This document shows positions 1-12,605 of a stretch of DNA of 64,000 nucleotides, piece by piece. A model generated the notes under the pieces. The model had not been told where the DNA came from. It saw only the letters and a program-made list of their open reading frames with translations, and made no database searches. The first letter of the stretch is position 1, and each line of letters opens with the position of its first letter. The position numbers were made by a program, and so were the translations under genes. Source of the stretch: Minutocellus sp. GHC0000111 (lineage: Eukaryota); NCBI GenBank assembly GCA_977018835.1, contig OZ361261.1, positions 2,046,001-2,110,000 of the forward strand, given 5' to 3'.

Positions 1-400
1 CATACTGAAGCTGATGGACAGCGGAGCTGCGTTGGCGGCGGTGTCTTTTGCTCGGAATGAATGCGTAACCGTTCTGCTGGATAAGGTCTGCTTTCATACG
101 CCGATCACTGTTGGGGATTTGTGCACTGTACGAGCGGGAGTTACCTACACTTCCGAGAGGAGCCTAGAAGTGGTGGCTCAAGTATGGAAATCTTCCTCCG
201 GCATTGTCGGTGGGCTGTGCATGGGGGATGATGTCGCACCAATATGTGCCGTCGAGGCTAGATTCGTCTTTGTTGCTCTGGGAGCGGATGGAAAAGTATC
301 AGAGGTACCAGAAGTACCAAAGGAAATGAGAACGAAACGTTGGGAGGTTGGAGCAGCAAAGCACGCCGAGCGTCGATTCGAGAAGCAGAGAGAGAACTGA
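1..400 (+). CDS. Hotdog-fold acyl-CoA thioesterase, 5'-partial
   Basis: Frame is open from the window edge (ILKLMDSGAALAA...VTV.LDKV.F..PI.VGD...V.A.V.YT...SLEV...A.FVFVAL..DGK...VP), typical of YciA/ACOT-type hotdog domains. Confidence 0.8.
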   Translation, partial: ILKLMDSGAALAAVSFARNECVTVLLDKVCFHTPITVGDLCTVRAGVTYTSERSLEVVAQVWKSSSGIVGGLCMGDDVAPICAVEARFVFVALGADGKVSEVPEVPKEMRTKRWEVGAAKHAERRFEKQREN

Positions 401-467
401 GAATGCTATTTTTCTTGTTTATGTTCGTATGTATCGACCTCCTTCCGCTTCCTCCGTCCGCCAAGGC

Positions 468-3400
468 TTATGTCGTCGAATTGGAAAACAAGCGCTGCCT
501 TGCCCGTCTCGCAGAGTCTAGGATGAAGGCATCAGTATATCCCGTTGCCTCCACTGCCTTTGCAAGCTGCATTGCGTCAACTGTACCACGACGAATAAAG
601 GTTTGGAACAATGCACGAAGAGCAGCTTTGCCCTCAGCGCTCAAATCATTCGTCATGACGCCCATGGTAGAGGGCGAGAGCATTCCGTCGGATGCCTTCT
701 CTTTATCGGACATTGAATCATGTTTCCCTTGCAAGGGGCTGAGGCTGGGTGATGAAGAAGATGTGGCAATGCGTCTGTTCTGATCTTCGATTTGCCTTCT
801 GTAGTACATGCGGAGGCGATGGCGAACAAAAGCAAAGCCAGTCCTTGTCGATATCATGCCCGTATCTCCTTCGTCACTATCGTCCATGCACTGAAAACGA
901 TAGCCATTCTTTTTGGCCAACTGAAGCAGTGCTTCTGTGATTTTATCGTTGTACTTTGTCTGCTTGGGGTTACCAGCGTGCCTTGTGTTGTTATGTACAA
1001 AGTCATTTTTATTCTGCGTTAGGAATTCCCGGAAGCAACGGTACTGATTCCATTTCCAAGAGCGAGGGATGATTCTTGATGGCATCGCGGCGGTTGTAGC
1101 ATCAAGCTTCCATTATCAGCTACTACTACTTTTGGTACTTTCGGATCCATGGTATCATCATTATCTCCGATGATATTATCCTTTTGCGTTTCTGGTGATG
1201 GGCTATCGGTCCCTGTAGAAACATGATCCTCTTTCCCATTTTCCTCGTTCCATCGGCCGGCACAGGATCACTGCCATTTGGAATCGAGGAAGAACTATCT
1301 TTGCTTTTAAGTCGTTGGTAGAAACTGCGAACCTTGTCTCGAATCTGTTTGAAGGCAGGTAGTTGCTTGGCGCCAGTGGGTAGATCATCACAGAAAATAC
1401 CATCATTATGAAAGGATTGGAATTGGTAGCCTTTGTTATCGGCAAAGCGAAGGAGTCGAACAGTCAGATCATTGTTGAAGTCATGGGCCTTGTTCGAGCT
1501 TGAGTCCAAATGAATGATCTTTAAGTAATTATTAATGATAGTATTTCGAAGACACATGTAGGATACTAATTTCATTGGGAAAACATGGCACGAAATTGTA
1601 TACCTTCTTTGGCCCAGCGCCTCAACTTTTCCGGCTGCGCCTTGTGTTTCCTCCACCATCTCCCGAGTTTCTCATCGGTGTAACCGTCGATGTTTTCATC
1701 TGACTCCATGAGCTTCTTCAATCCTTCCTCACCAATCGCTCTTTTCAATGTGGCGATGTCACACGTGTACTCTGCATCAGCCATTCTAAGCAAGGCATAA
1801 CACAACTCTGGACTTGCCCGGGTCCACCTATTGCTGCACCTCTCGGACTGTGATTTCTTGTGCAAAATGTCAGCAGCGGCACCAGACATTTTCCCCTGCT
1901 CGTCCAAGACAGTCGAATGCTCATGACATCCCGCAAGATTGCGCGGCGTTATCTGATAAATCCCCTCTACGTTGAGTCGTTGAAACCAAGTATGTTTAAT
2001 GTAGGTGTGGAGAGAGTGACCGCACTGTTTTTTCGAAACCTCGAAACCGCAAGCCTCAGCAAATATCCCAAAATTTTTATATATTGCCTTGATCTCCTTC
2101 CAATAACGTATCTTGGGCAAGAGCACTGTTTCAAACATTTCCAAGTCGATTATTCGCAACGTTCTGTGGCCATTCCATCCGGCAAACAAGTTTTCGGGAA
2201 TAATTGATTTGTGAAGAGATATTAAAAACTCATGGACAAGTCTTCCATGGTCCATTGAGGCAATTTCAGGCGAAGCGGCAGGGTTTGAATCATTGAGTAT
2301 TTTCCGCCGCTTAACTGATGGCGATGGCGTGATATGAGACGCATTAGTGATTGGAGCAGAAAGAGAAGATGTTCCCAGTTCTGGGTCATCCGGGCTCGTT
2401 GGCTTGGAAAGAAATGGTTTGCCTTCTACGCATGAACAAGCCATGCACTCTGATAATTTGATCGGAACGCAATCACTCTTGCGGGATGGATACTTGCCAA
2501 ATGATATGTACAGGATATCTTCCTCTTTGTCATCATTCTTCTGTCTTGGGATATTCAAATTTCCAGTCTCATCACCATGCAAATTATCAGCTGAAGCAGT
2601 CGTAGCCCCAATACAAGCTCGTCTTATTGCTTCTTGCAATATCGAGCCCGCTTCTTCTTTGGACAAAGAGGAGTCATTTTGAGATTTCTCGAGCTCTCTA
2701 TTGACGGCCTTCACCATGGCGGAAGCCTGTCCGTAAGAATTAAAACTACCAATGTGGCGGTTGCGGCCTGCGTGAGTACAGGATGCTTCTATCGCCACTG
2801 CGCTGGACCCATGTCTTTCTCCATTTAGATTCGGTTGAACGGCAAAAGCAACTTCTTTGGCGGCCACGATAGAGTTTTCTTTGGCGGCATTAAAGGCCGT
2901 CTCGATATCCTCAATCGACATCTTTGTTGATGGATTGATTTTCGCTAGCTCTTCTTTCAATATTTTTCGCACTAATACGGCTTCGTCGGCAAAGTGAAAA
3001 GTTCCAACAACGTTCGTTTTGCCACGAAATGTGAACCGCAATTCAAAACGACCACATGATACCTCACGAATACCAGGCGGAAGCTTCTTCGAAGCAACAA
3101 TCTTTAGTTTCGTCAAAAATGGCTCTTGTTTCTTGATTTGAAAGCCCTTCATGCAATTCATCCTTCGACGGAAGCATCTTTGACATTTCTTTAACTGCCA
3201 TTTTCGCCTTCTCGATCGTATCGAATGTCCCAATGTGTCGTGTGCTGTTACAAAATCCACTTCTCGCCTGAAACCGCCCATTTGGAGTCTCAAAAACACC
3301 TTTGTATTTTGTTCCCTTAGTTGCTCGAACGTCAAGGCCTTCGCGGATTGCCTGGGATGTCTTGGCCTCGGCCTTATGATCACCAACCTCGAAGAGTTGA

Positions 3401-4554
3401 CCGGACTTGTCGTCCTTTTTGACGAACCTCCCACCTCGCTTCCGAATTATGAGGACTATGGACCGTGCCAGGAGAGGCTTTTCCCTCCTCTTTGCCATTA
3501 GATAGGTTGGTTGGAAATCGGCGACAAGTTCCCGGTATAGTCTGTTCCCAACTTGGGTGTTTGTTCTTCCTCCCCTTCCCAACAAGACATCGTGCATGTT
3601 GAGCTCAGATATATTGTTGCACACAGGCCTAGTGCCCTCCTCGATGACTGGCTGCATCGGTGGCTTGTGGATATTGAAACTGACTTCACCGGCTGATTCT
3701 GGTGACGGAACGTGGGTACCGTGGGTATTATTATCAGGTCTGTCAGGTCTGTCACCGATGATTTTAGCGATTGCTTCATGTCTGACGCCCTTGATGATAT
3801 CCTTGACAACGTGCATGGGCAACACGTCGGCCCAGGTCGGACCGTTCTTCTCTTCGAGTATGCGTTTGAGTTCCAACCTTACCGCCTCTGCCCGTTCTTT
3901 CGTGTCAAATGTTCCAGTATAGTGGTGTTTGCTACGGCAATGGTAGAACAACATCCACTTTCCGTTGGGAGTTTCGCGTATCCCGACCGGTGAAAGATGT
4001 GCAAATTCAGACTGGTTTTCATCAGTAGTCGTAGCATCAGCGTTGATGCCACTGCCATTACCATCGATCATGGCATCCGGAGCACCATCACTCACCCCCT
4101 TGGGCTTCGTCGGGTCGTCACATGTTGGGATCGGTGGTTGTGCGTCGATCGTCGTTTTCTCATTATTTTCCTGCTTCGTGGGTTCCTGCTGCGGACCATC
4201 AGTCCCCATTTATTTATTTGTAACAACGGGCATCGTTTTGTCGTCGACGCTCTTGTCTTGGAGCATGTTCAACTCATAACTCAAACTCGTGGCAGAAGAA
4301 TTGTCGATGGCGGCTACGCCCTCGTCGCTGTCTTGCGGGGAAGATACGGCAGTGCCTAACTCTTCCGGACTATTTGACTGGAACACCGACAATGTACCTT
4401 CATCAACGCTATCGCTGCGATCGACGTTTTGCTGCTCTCCACCGACTTTGCTTCCAGGCACAGACAACGTCACCGCCGGCGCTGGTTCTGTGGTCGACAC
4501 GACCGACTCTGAACTCATTTCGTGCTCGAATTGAATCGAAACGGCTGCTGCCAA
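468..4554 (-). pseudogene. Disrupted ~1350-aa multidomain putative transcription factor: 4 AP2-like repeats, DUF6824, divergent HSF-like domain, two copies of a diatom helical domain
   Basis: Five consecutive same-strand ORFs join up via an in-frame TAA (4210-4212) and 1-bp indels at ~3104, ~1580, ~1250, ~1110. Motifs: GIRETPNGKW...YTGTFDTKERA (AP2-like); DVLLGRGG..N...GN..YR.LV...KTSQAIRE (DUF6824); FL..LH...W.G...I.D...F...LLP...F..F...CGF...H..F.R (HSF-like). True start unresolved; may be an intact gene with consensus errors. Confidence 0.65.
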
Positions 4555-5000
4555 ATAAATATACTACGCCACCCAAAATGGTATGTGAATTGTGTTTATT
4601 TGGACTTCGTTCAGCCAGGGCCTTCCAATATGCAGCGGCAGAGACCTCCTGCCCGAGCTCGGGTAAGCAAAGCGGGCGAATTTTGTGGTGCTGGCGGGCT
4701 CTCGCTCGGCACCTCGTCTGGTGTCCGCATACCTCACATTTTCAGGTCGCACTTAATTTTGAAAAAGTGACAAAAGACACGGCTGGCTGCTGCTGCTGCT
4801 GCTGCTGCTGCCGCTGCTGCCGCCGCATAGCCGCTGGCCTCTGGCTGGGCCGGCGGCGAGAAAGCAGAAGAGTTGAAGGCTGATGCTCAAACTGTCAAAG
4901 GATTTTGCTTTAGTTGCTGGCTACAATGGAACAGCAATACCTCCTCGTCTGGCCTATCTAGCTAGCTAGACTATCGGCTCATTATTTGGCTACGTGTAAC

Positions 5001-6053
5001 ATGAACGACCGAACAAAGGGACTCCTCATCATTCTTTTTGGCGTCGTTGCCGTGTCGCCCGATGCGGTTGCGGTCCGGTTCCTGTCCGAGGGCGGCACAA
5101 CGCCCTGGACCATCACCGCCTATCAAAACATGATGGGATTTCCCCTCACGTTGGAATATACCATCTACGAATCCGGGGGTATCCGTCGACTTTGCCGCGA
5201 TGTTGCCAAGGGCAAGCTTTACTATGCAGCGGCCGTTCCGGTCCAGACCGCCGTCAACATATGCATCACGCTGGCGTTCAACTTTACCGACGCAGCGCAG
5301 GCGCTGCTCCTTATCAACCTCAACCCGCTGTGGTGCGCGGTTTTTGGCAGGTTGATTTTGGGTGATTATCTGCCAAGGAGAACCTACCTAGCGCTGTTTC
5401 TCGCCATGGGATGCATCCTTCTCATATTTGTCCCCCAAGTTGTCGAGAGAAATCAAAATCAAAATCGAGATGCTGCTGCTGCTGCTGCTGCTGCTGCTGA
5501 TCAGAAACCATATGCGGACACTGAACTGAAAGGCAACATGCTGGCGTTCCTCGCTGGCTTATCGCTCGCGGGATACATATCCATCGTCCGATGGGCTGGC
5601 AAGGCGGACGAAAAGATCAACATGGTCGGGACTGCGTCTCTCGGTGGGTTGGCATCCTTCCTCGTGGCGGTTATCGTGGACCGTGGAATTCCCTTGCCTT
5701 CTCAGTTTTGGACCGGAACAACGTCGCTTTTCTGGCTTACCATCGTTGGCGAAGGATTGATGGTTTGCGCAATCTTTGTGAGTATGTCCATTGCGCCGAA
5801 ATTCATCACTGGGACAGAAGTTGGATTGTGCATTCTCTTGGAGGCCATTCTCGGATCTCTTTTTGTGTTTTTCGCATACAAAGACGTGCCGAGCATTTGG
5901 ACGTTGATAGGAGGATCGCTATTATTGGTAGTGCTGGTTGTACACGAGTCTTACCCCTTGTTTCAATACGATAAAGGAAATGATCGGCGACTATCAATGC
6001 GCAAGTCAAGCCAAGCTACTAGTGTCGGGGCATCAATAGTTGCAGAAAGTTAA
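5001..6053 (+). CDS. EamA/DMT superfamily transporter (~10 TM)
   Basis: Two hydrophobic EamA-like halves: S.DA...R, A.LL.NLNP.W.A.FG...LG, A.KFITGTEVGL..LLE..LG.L.V....++P..WT.IGG. ATG at 5001. Confidence 0.85.
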   Translation: MNDRTKGLLIILFGVVAVSPDAVAVRFLSEGGTTPWTITAYQNMMGFPLTLEYTIYESGGIRRLCRDVAKGKLYYAAAVPVQTAVNICITLAFNFTDAAQALLLINLNPLWCAVFGRLILGDYLPRRTYLALFLAMGCILLIFVPQVVERNQNQNRDAAAAAAAAADQKPYADTELKGNMLAFLAGLSLAGYISIVRWAGKADEKINMVGTASLGGLASFLVAVIVDRGIPLPSQFWTGTTSLFWLTIVGEGLMVCAIFVSMSIAPKFITGTEVGLCILLEAILGSLFVFFAYKDVPSIWTLIGGSLLLVVLVVHESYPLFQYDKGNDRRLSMRKSSQATSVGASIVAES

Positions 6054-6328
6054 ATGGAGGTAATGGGAACGAACGGAACGAAAGAATCGGCTCTGGCATT
6101 GGATGATAATGATCCAGAAGATCAAAGAAAAGTGGGCGAATTAAAAGAGGACGAATGGGAAGACGAAAGATGATGATAAAGCTCGATGTGCTATGCACGA
6201 AGCAGCAACAAATGCGTAAACTTAATAATAAAGAACTACTTCGATTCCAATTGCTTGATTGCCTTCAAATGGCGCTTAGACATTGATCGTGATGGTTTAG
6301 CAACAGGCGCAAGTTTTTTTTCCTCAAC

Positions 6329-7240
6329 TCAAACATCCCTCGATAATCTGCTTGTGCTACCCTCAACGAATGCCAATTCACACAAATCAGATCGAAAGTG
6401 AGTGTAAGAAACATATGTGTGCAGGCGAGATCCTTTCTTCCTCTGCCAAACGTCGAAACCGCATGCCTTCAAAAAGTTCTCAAAGCTACCAAAAGGTTTC
6501 TTCAACATATCCCAGGCTGATATTTTCGATAATATCTCGTCATTATAATCCCGCATGTCCTTGATCAGAAGTGTGCAAGATCCCATCCAGGAGCATGAAA
6601 ACGCGAACTTCGTGATGGACTGATGGAGAGACATTAGGAAATCACGGATTGTCTGCCTCAAATTATGCTGGGGTATCGTTTGATAATTGGATGCAATTGG
6701 TGATGCATCGTCGGAGACAATACTCGGCGACAAGGCACACGTGCATGGAGTACACTCGGACAATTTGATCAGAAAAGTATCTGGCTGATCTTCGGACGCG
6801 TCGGTACCAAACGACACATATATCAGATCGTCGGGCTCGTTCCTGTTTGATTTGGTGCCGTTACTCTGGGTTCGATTGATATCGGGCGGTGGAACCAATG
6901 CATTTGGGACTAGCGGATAATTCGTGGCTGTGGTACCAAGGTGGTCGGGCGTGCCTTTGTGCACATGATGGTGCAATTGTTGTTGATGTTTGCGCTTCTT
7001 TTTCCTAGCACTACCGGCAGTAGTAGTAGAAGTACTACACGATCCGCCGCCGATCAAGAGGTCGACGCAATCGTCCACGCCCTTGGCAGCCTGGGCACTG
7101 AGCGCTGAGGGAAGAAATGCACTACTTCCAGCGGCTCCCGAGGCCGAGGCAGGTCCGGCAGAAGCTTCTGTTTCTACTTCCCGCGTTCCGTGCGGCTGCG
7201 ATTGCGATGGCGGCGCGCCGTTGTTGTGAAAATTGTTCAT
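6329..7240 (-). CDS. Protein with divergent HSF-like domain, paralog of the central part of the 468-4554 gene
   Basis: Shares D.(L/I)Y(V/I)SFG...IKLSEC..C.C and FL.SLH.SI...W.G..TL.I.D...KI..W...ACGF.V...LHTY with the 1572..3434 ORF; basic KKKRK patch. Confidence 0.65.
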   Translation of the reverse strand: MNNFHNNGAPPSQSQPHGTREVETEASAGPASASGAAGSSAFLPSALSAQAAKGVDDCVDLLIGGGSCSTSTTTAGSARKKKRKHQQQLHHHVHKGTPDHLGTTATNYPLVPNALVPPPDINRTQSNGTKSNRNEPDDLIYVSFGTDASEDQPDTFLIKLSECTPCTCALSPSIVSDDASPIASNYQTIPQHNLRQTIRDFLMSLHQSITKFAFSCSWMGSCTLLIKDMRDYNDEILSKISAWDMLKKPFGSFENFLKACGFDVWQRKKGSRLHTYVSYTHFRSDLCELAFVEGSTSRLSRDV

Positions 7241-8067
7241 GTTGTTTTCGTGCCTGACTCACTCGATGCATGCCAAGCAAAGAGTCAGCAGGAAGATAAT
7301 GCGATGAATTGCTCTTTGTTGGCTAATCACAGCGACAATACCAGCCAGATTGTACAAGAATCTTTTGACCTGTTTGGTTTTGCGATGCAATGCTTGGCTG
7401 CCGGTGTCAGCTGCTCCTCAAAATCTCCTTTTGTACCTCACACTCCCATCAATTCAAAATAATGATGCCTGCATACCCCCAGCATTTCAGGTCGCATTTC
7501 TCTGCTTCGCGCGCCGGCGCCGCCACCAAATTCAATTATGCGAGGGTATTGATCCCTGTACGTATATGGTTTTGGTCGTCATGTGATTTCAAAGGAGACC
7601 TCTCGGATAGAATTAGGGGTAACACACCCTTGCGCCATGTTTCGCAGCCCTAACCCTCTCAATCAAATGACCAAGAAAATCGACGCCGCAATGCGCCACA
7701 CCCGGTTTGAATTGCAATGAGGCCAGGGCGCAGAGCAGTGCGCAGAGCAGTGCGCAGAGAAGCAGAGAACAAAGCAAGGTGGAGCAAGCCAAGGGCAAGG
7801 TTGAGCAACGCACAAACGCCCCCCGAGGAAGAACATCAGCTATCTTGCTTTGCTTCCACCCGTCGGCCCTTGCCTCGTCCCGCCGGTCAATCGGTTGCCA
7901 GTTGGGTTTGTTTGAAAATACTGCGTGTAAAAGTCGGCACATCTCGTGCTGCCCGCAGTTTTTGATTTTTTAGGTTTCCACGCCGCCGGCCAGTCAGTTC
8001 GGTTTGGCTCTTGCTCTTACTGTTGCTGTTGCGGACCCTTCCTCGGTAACTGGGAAGCAAGTCAGCC

Positions 8068-11000
8068 ATGACCAATTCTCCCTCCCGCAATGCCAAGGAC
8101 GGTGCGGGCCCGACGGCTGCCTCTTCCTATGCCGATGCTATTGTCACCACCGCCGCCGCTGCGCATACCATTGCTAGTGTTCATCACTCTCCCCTCCGAC
8201 GGATCGTCACTGTTACCGCCGAGAGTACCACCGCCAAGGGCGACGATTGTGCCACCAGCCACAACAACGGCAATGGCAATGGTGGAAGCGGCAGTAATGG
8301 CCAGGAGGCCGAAGCTTCTGGCACCGGTATCACTTCCACTGCTGCAGCAGCCGATGGCAACCATTCGACGAACCAGCCCAGCAGCAGCACCGCCACCGCT
8401 AGCAGCAAAGCCAGCGTGCATTTCAACACGGTGGGAATAATGACTCCCCTGCGCTCCTCCTCCTCCGACTCTGTGAATGCCACCAAGAATGCCATCGCCG
8501 CTGTAAATAGCAATGGCAAAGATGACGCTGAGGAGGAAGATGACGACGAGGCCGAGGACGACGACGAGGCCGCCCGTGCCTTTCTCCTCGACGCGGTTTC
8601 CAGTCCCCGGCCGGCTTCTGCGGCTTCCGCTTCGGTTGGGGCTTCTTCCAGTACCGCCAATGGCCATCGATCGACGAAGCACGTCACTCCCACCCAGCAT
8701 ACCAACAGCACATCTCATCCCGGCCACCCACCGGCAGCAGCGGCAAGTTATGCAGCGGCAAGTTACGCGGGATATGGATATGGACACGCAGGAGGGTATG
8801 GTCATGGTCATGGACACGGCCACTACGCCGGCCAAAGCCAAGGATACTACGCCGGCTACGGCTGCGGCTACGACCAGTACAGCCACCCTCCTCATCACGG
8901 CTACCGTCACGGTGGTCACTCGAGTATCCCGCAGCAGCAGCAGCAGCAGGCTGCCCATTCGCATTCGCATGCTCATCCCGGCCACCCCAACGCCCAGTTC
9001 GCGCACAGGTATGGCAGCCCCCTGGCGGCTGCAGGTGCTTCCTCGTCAGCTGTTTCTGCTTCAGCGTCGACCTCAGCCACAGCGGCCACGCCGACAGCGA
9101 TGGACTACCAGCTCCAGCGCATCGCCGACGCCAACTCGGACGTTCATGCCAAAACGACGTCTCATCACGGTACTGTTACTAGTATGATGAGCAGTCCCTA
9201 CCGCTATAGCTACAGGTCGCCGTTCAAGTCGCCCCCTCGTTCCGGCACCACCTCAGGTATTGGTATGGCAATGGGCGGTGCCGGTGCCGGCATGATGAGT
9301 CCGACCGACTACAGCTTCGACTTCGCTGGTTTGGAGGAGGAGGCCGAGCTGTTGAAGCAAAACTCAACAGAAGATGGCAAGGAGGGTCAGGACGGTGATC
9401 TCGTTGGAAACGGCGAGGAGGAGGGTGAAGGTGAAGGTGGAACCAACCAGAAGGCTGCAGTCATTCAGCCCGTCACGTGGGCCGGATACGGTACGGCGAC
9501 TCTCTCCGCCGCGGGCAGCACGGCTGGTGGTCCCTCCGCCCTTGCCGATGCCATGGAACAAGAGGAGGAGGAGATGGTCGTTGCCGTGACGGGTACCAGT
9601 ACTGTTGGTGTCGGTGCCAGCTCCTCAAACTCGAGCACCAGTCAGAGTCAGAGCCACATTCCTCCGCCGCCGCCGCAGGTGTACTACCAGAACGGCTATG
9701 TCTACCACGGATGTCCACCGCCTGCCGCAACTACCAATACCAACAATAAGAAGGTGTCTCCTCGGAACGCGGACGCGGACAAGCCTCCTCGACCATCGTC
9801 CTCCAAGGGCAGCAAGAGCAAGGGCCGGGGTGCCCGCAGCCGCAAGAGCACCCCCAAGGCCAAGGCTGCTGCTGCTGCCGCCGCTGCATCTGCTTCGGCT
9901 TCGGCTTCTGCTTCGGGACGCAAGGTATGAAGAACTTCTATTTGTACTTGTTATTATTATACTTATACTCTCTCCGTGATACCAAAGGCTTGTTATTCGC
10001 ACTTTCTGACGATCTACTTCCCTCGTTTTATTTTTTTGATCTATATGTGAGCAGGCACCCTACAAGGTCAGCCCTTCGTCGTCCTCGTCATCATCATCGT
10101 CGTCCTCTGGCTCGTCAAGTCCATCCTCGACATCGACCAGCTCCACCGATTCTTCCGGTCCCGCCACCCTCTTCTCGTCGAGCTGTCCGTTCAGCATGTC
10201 GGCCGCCGCGCCGCCGACCGTGGCGGCCTTTGCCGACGCTCACAGTGCCCACGCCGCCGCCGTAGCTGCCCTGAACGGTGGCAAGGCTGGTACTGGTGGT
10301 GGCAGTCCCAGTATCGTCCCATCCTCGAGTCCGCTGGCTTCTATGGGGATGATGCCTTCTGCTTCTGCGGGTGGCCATGGCAGTGCCGTTCCCGACAAGC
10401 TCAAGGCGGCCGCCGCCGCTGCCTCCAACCGTGCCAAAAGTAGGGGCCGTCCTCGGAGCGGTACCATCAGCATCGGTGCCGAAGTGGAAGGTCCCGGTGT
10501 TGAAGCGGATGCTGATTCCACCGACGCCGATTCCGCCGATGGCGTTGGAGCTCTTCGTGGTCAAAAGCTGCGCAAGCGCATGTCCACCCTCGAGAAGAAG
10601 GATCAGCGGGCCAACATGTTCGAGAACATCCACAGGGTGATGGACCTGACCGGCCAGGAGGAGTGGCTCAATGACCAGGGCCGACGGACGTTGCGGGATC
10701 CTCTCGACGACGAAGCGCTCAGTCCCAGTTCCGCTGTCTTCCGTGGTTGCATGGAGGTGTATCGGGTACGTCATTGGAGAGATGATTCGCTAGATCGTCC
10801 GCTTCTTGTCTGTACGTATATTCTTCTGTCCTCTTTTTTTTGCTAAATGCGTCGTCCATTGTTCCTTGATCCTATTCTGAATCATGACAAATTATAGGTC
10901 CCCAGCACATCCCAAGGTGTAACCATCACGAAGAAGGGTGCCAAGTTCGAATCCGGTCCGTTCAAGAACGCATCACCTGGACAGCTTTGTCTCCGTTGCA

Positions 11001-12605
11001 TCTTCTGCGCCCCTCATCTGTCCGACGACGAGAAGGGTACTCGCAACTCCCGCGCCTTCCCCACGTGTAAAAGGAGTATTGAGCAGCACGTGCGCAATTT
11101 TTATCGCAACCATCTCCAGCAATGCCCTTACATTCCCGCCAACGTCAACGATCTTCTCAAAACCGTTCGGGCTGCCAATTTACGCACTGGCAATTTGGGT
11201 GGGGGCAAGTTTCACGAAAAGGCCATTAGCCGTCTCAACCTTGTCGATGACAAGAAGGGGGAGAGAATCTGGTTCGGGGAGGGCGGGATGAAGTTTGCGG
11301 ACGGTACGACGTGGGCCGATCGTGGGTACGGAGACGGTCCCGGTATGCGCCCGATTCCCACTGGTCCGCCCGCTGTTGTCCCCGTAGCCGATGGTGCTGA
11401 AGTGGCTGGAAGTGGTTCGGAAACGGTCGACGTCGATGGGCCGTTCGTACCCGGAGCATCTTCTGCGACCAAGAAGCGAGAACGGAAGCCTGGAAGCGGG
11501 GCGAAGAGAGGACGAAAGCCTAAGAAGGCCAAGCTCGACAAGGATGTGGAGAGTGGGGCTAGCGACAAGGCCGAGACTCCGACCCATATGGAGATGGAGA
11601 TGACGCCGTTTGTCACCGAAATCACCGACTCTACCATTACCGTCGGTGGTATGCCCCCGTCTTTCTTCGGTGGCTTTGATGATTTGTTCATTGGTGTCGA
11701 GGAAAGTTCCGATCCTATCACCAATCCGGCTCCCGCGACAGTGTCACCACCCCAAGAGGTTGATCTCCATGTGCAGTCCAACGTTCCTGCCCCATCCATC
11801 CCAAGCAAGACAGTTCCCGACCCCGTCCCAAGCAAGCCTCGGCAGGAGCGTCCACCGAAACCATCTCCACCCCAACAGCCGGTAATTCGTACATCTCGAA
11901 GTGGCCGCATCTCCAAGAGGCGCGACTGGGGTGACTTTGCAACCGATGAAGATGATATTGATGATCGTATCTTGGGTGCCGAGCGCAGAGAACGTGCCTG
12001 GTCTCAGTCTTCCTCTGTTTCCAACCCAGTCACTGCTTCGAACGCTTCAGCGGCTGTCGCCTCGTTGGGCAAGTCGTTGGCCGCATACAAGACTCCCAAG
12101 AAGAGTGATCCTATGGAGGAAATTGCCCCAGAGCACGGTTGTGACGGGTCCTGGTACCCTGCATTGGAGATGGCCGACGCTGCCACCGTAACCCCTACTC
12201 CTACCGCCAAGGCCAAGTCCAAGTCCAAATCGAAGAAGCGAAAGCCTGCCAAGAAGCCACGGGCTACGAAGCCGAAGAAAACCTCCAACACCCTTTCTCG
12301 CACCACCTACGTTACGAGAGGAGGAATGCATTCGGGCAAATGGACGGAAGAAGAAACAGCGCTTTTGCTCGGTGCCATGAAGATTCATCGTAAAGAGTGG
12401 AACGCGGTTGCTGAGATGGTTGGAACTCGCACACCGGTAAGTACGATTTGTGCATTATTCCTTGGTCATTATATCAGGCACAACTTTGTGCATCATTCTT
12501 AGTATCACTGCTTCTTGTACTAACTCCATATCTTTCACTTCTACTCCACAGGCACAATGCAAGATTAAGAATCAAAAGATCGAAATGAAGAATTGGGTGG
12601 ATTAG
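8068..12605 (+). CDS. Large low-complexity nuclear protein with diatom CxxC..H..C domain and C-terminal Myb/SANT; exons 8068-9924, 10055-10765, 10898-12436, 12552-12605
   Basis: Three phase-0 GT-AG introns keep the frame. Motifs LRDP.D...LSP...R...EV..PGQLCLRCIFC...FP...VRNFYRNHLQQCP and GKWTEEE...LL.AM......W..VA..VGTRT|.QCK. Confidence 0.75.

Noticed and set aside
4785..4825. (GCT)n/(CAG)n tracts here and at ~5472 and ~29498
   Set aside because: Ordinary microsatellites giving poly-Ala/Gln or UTR repeats.
8062..9006. Long antisense/alternative-frame ORFs (also 14724-15476, 22591-23598, 40413-41336, 46523-47467, 57618-58538)
   Set aside because: They shadow well-supported GC3-rich genes on the opposite strand and show no motifs of their own.
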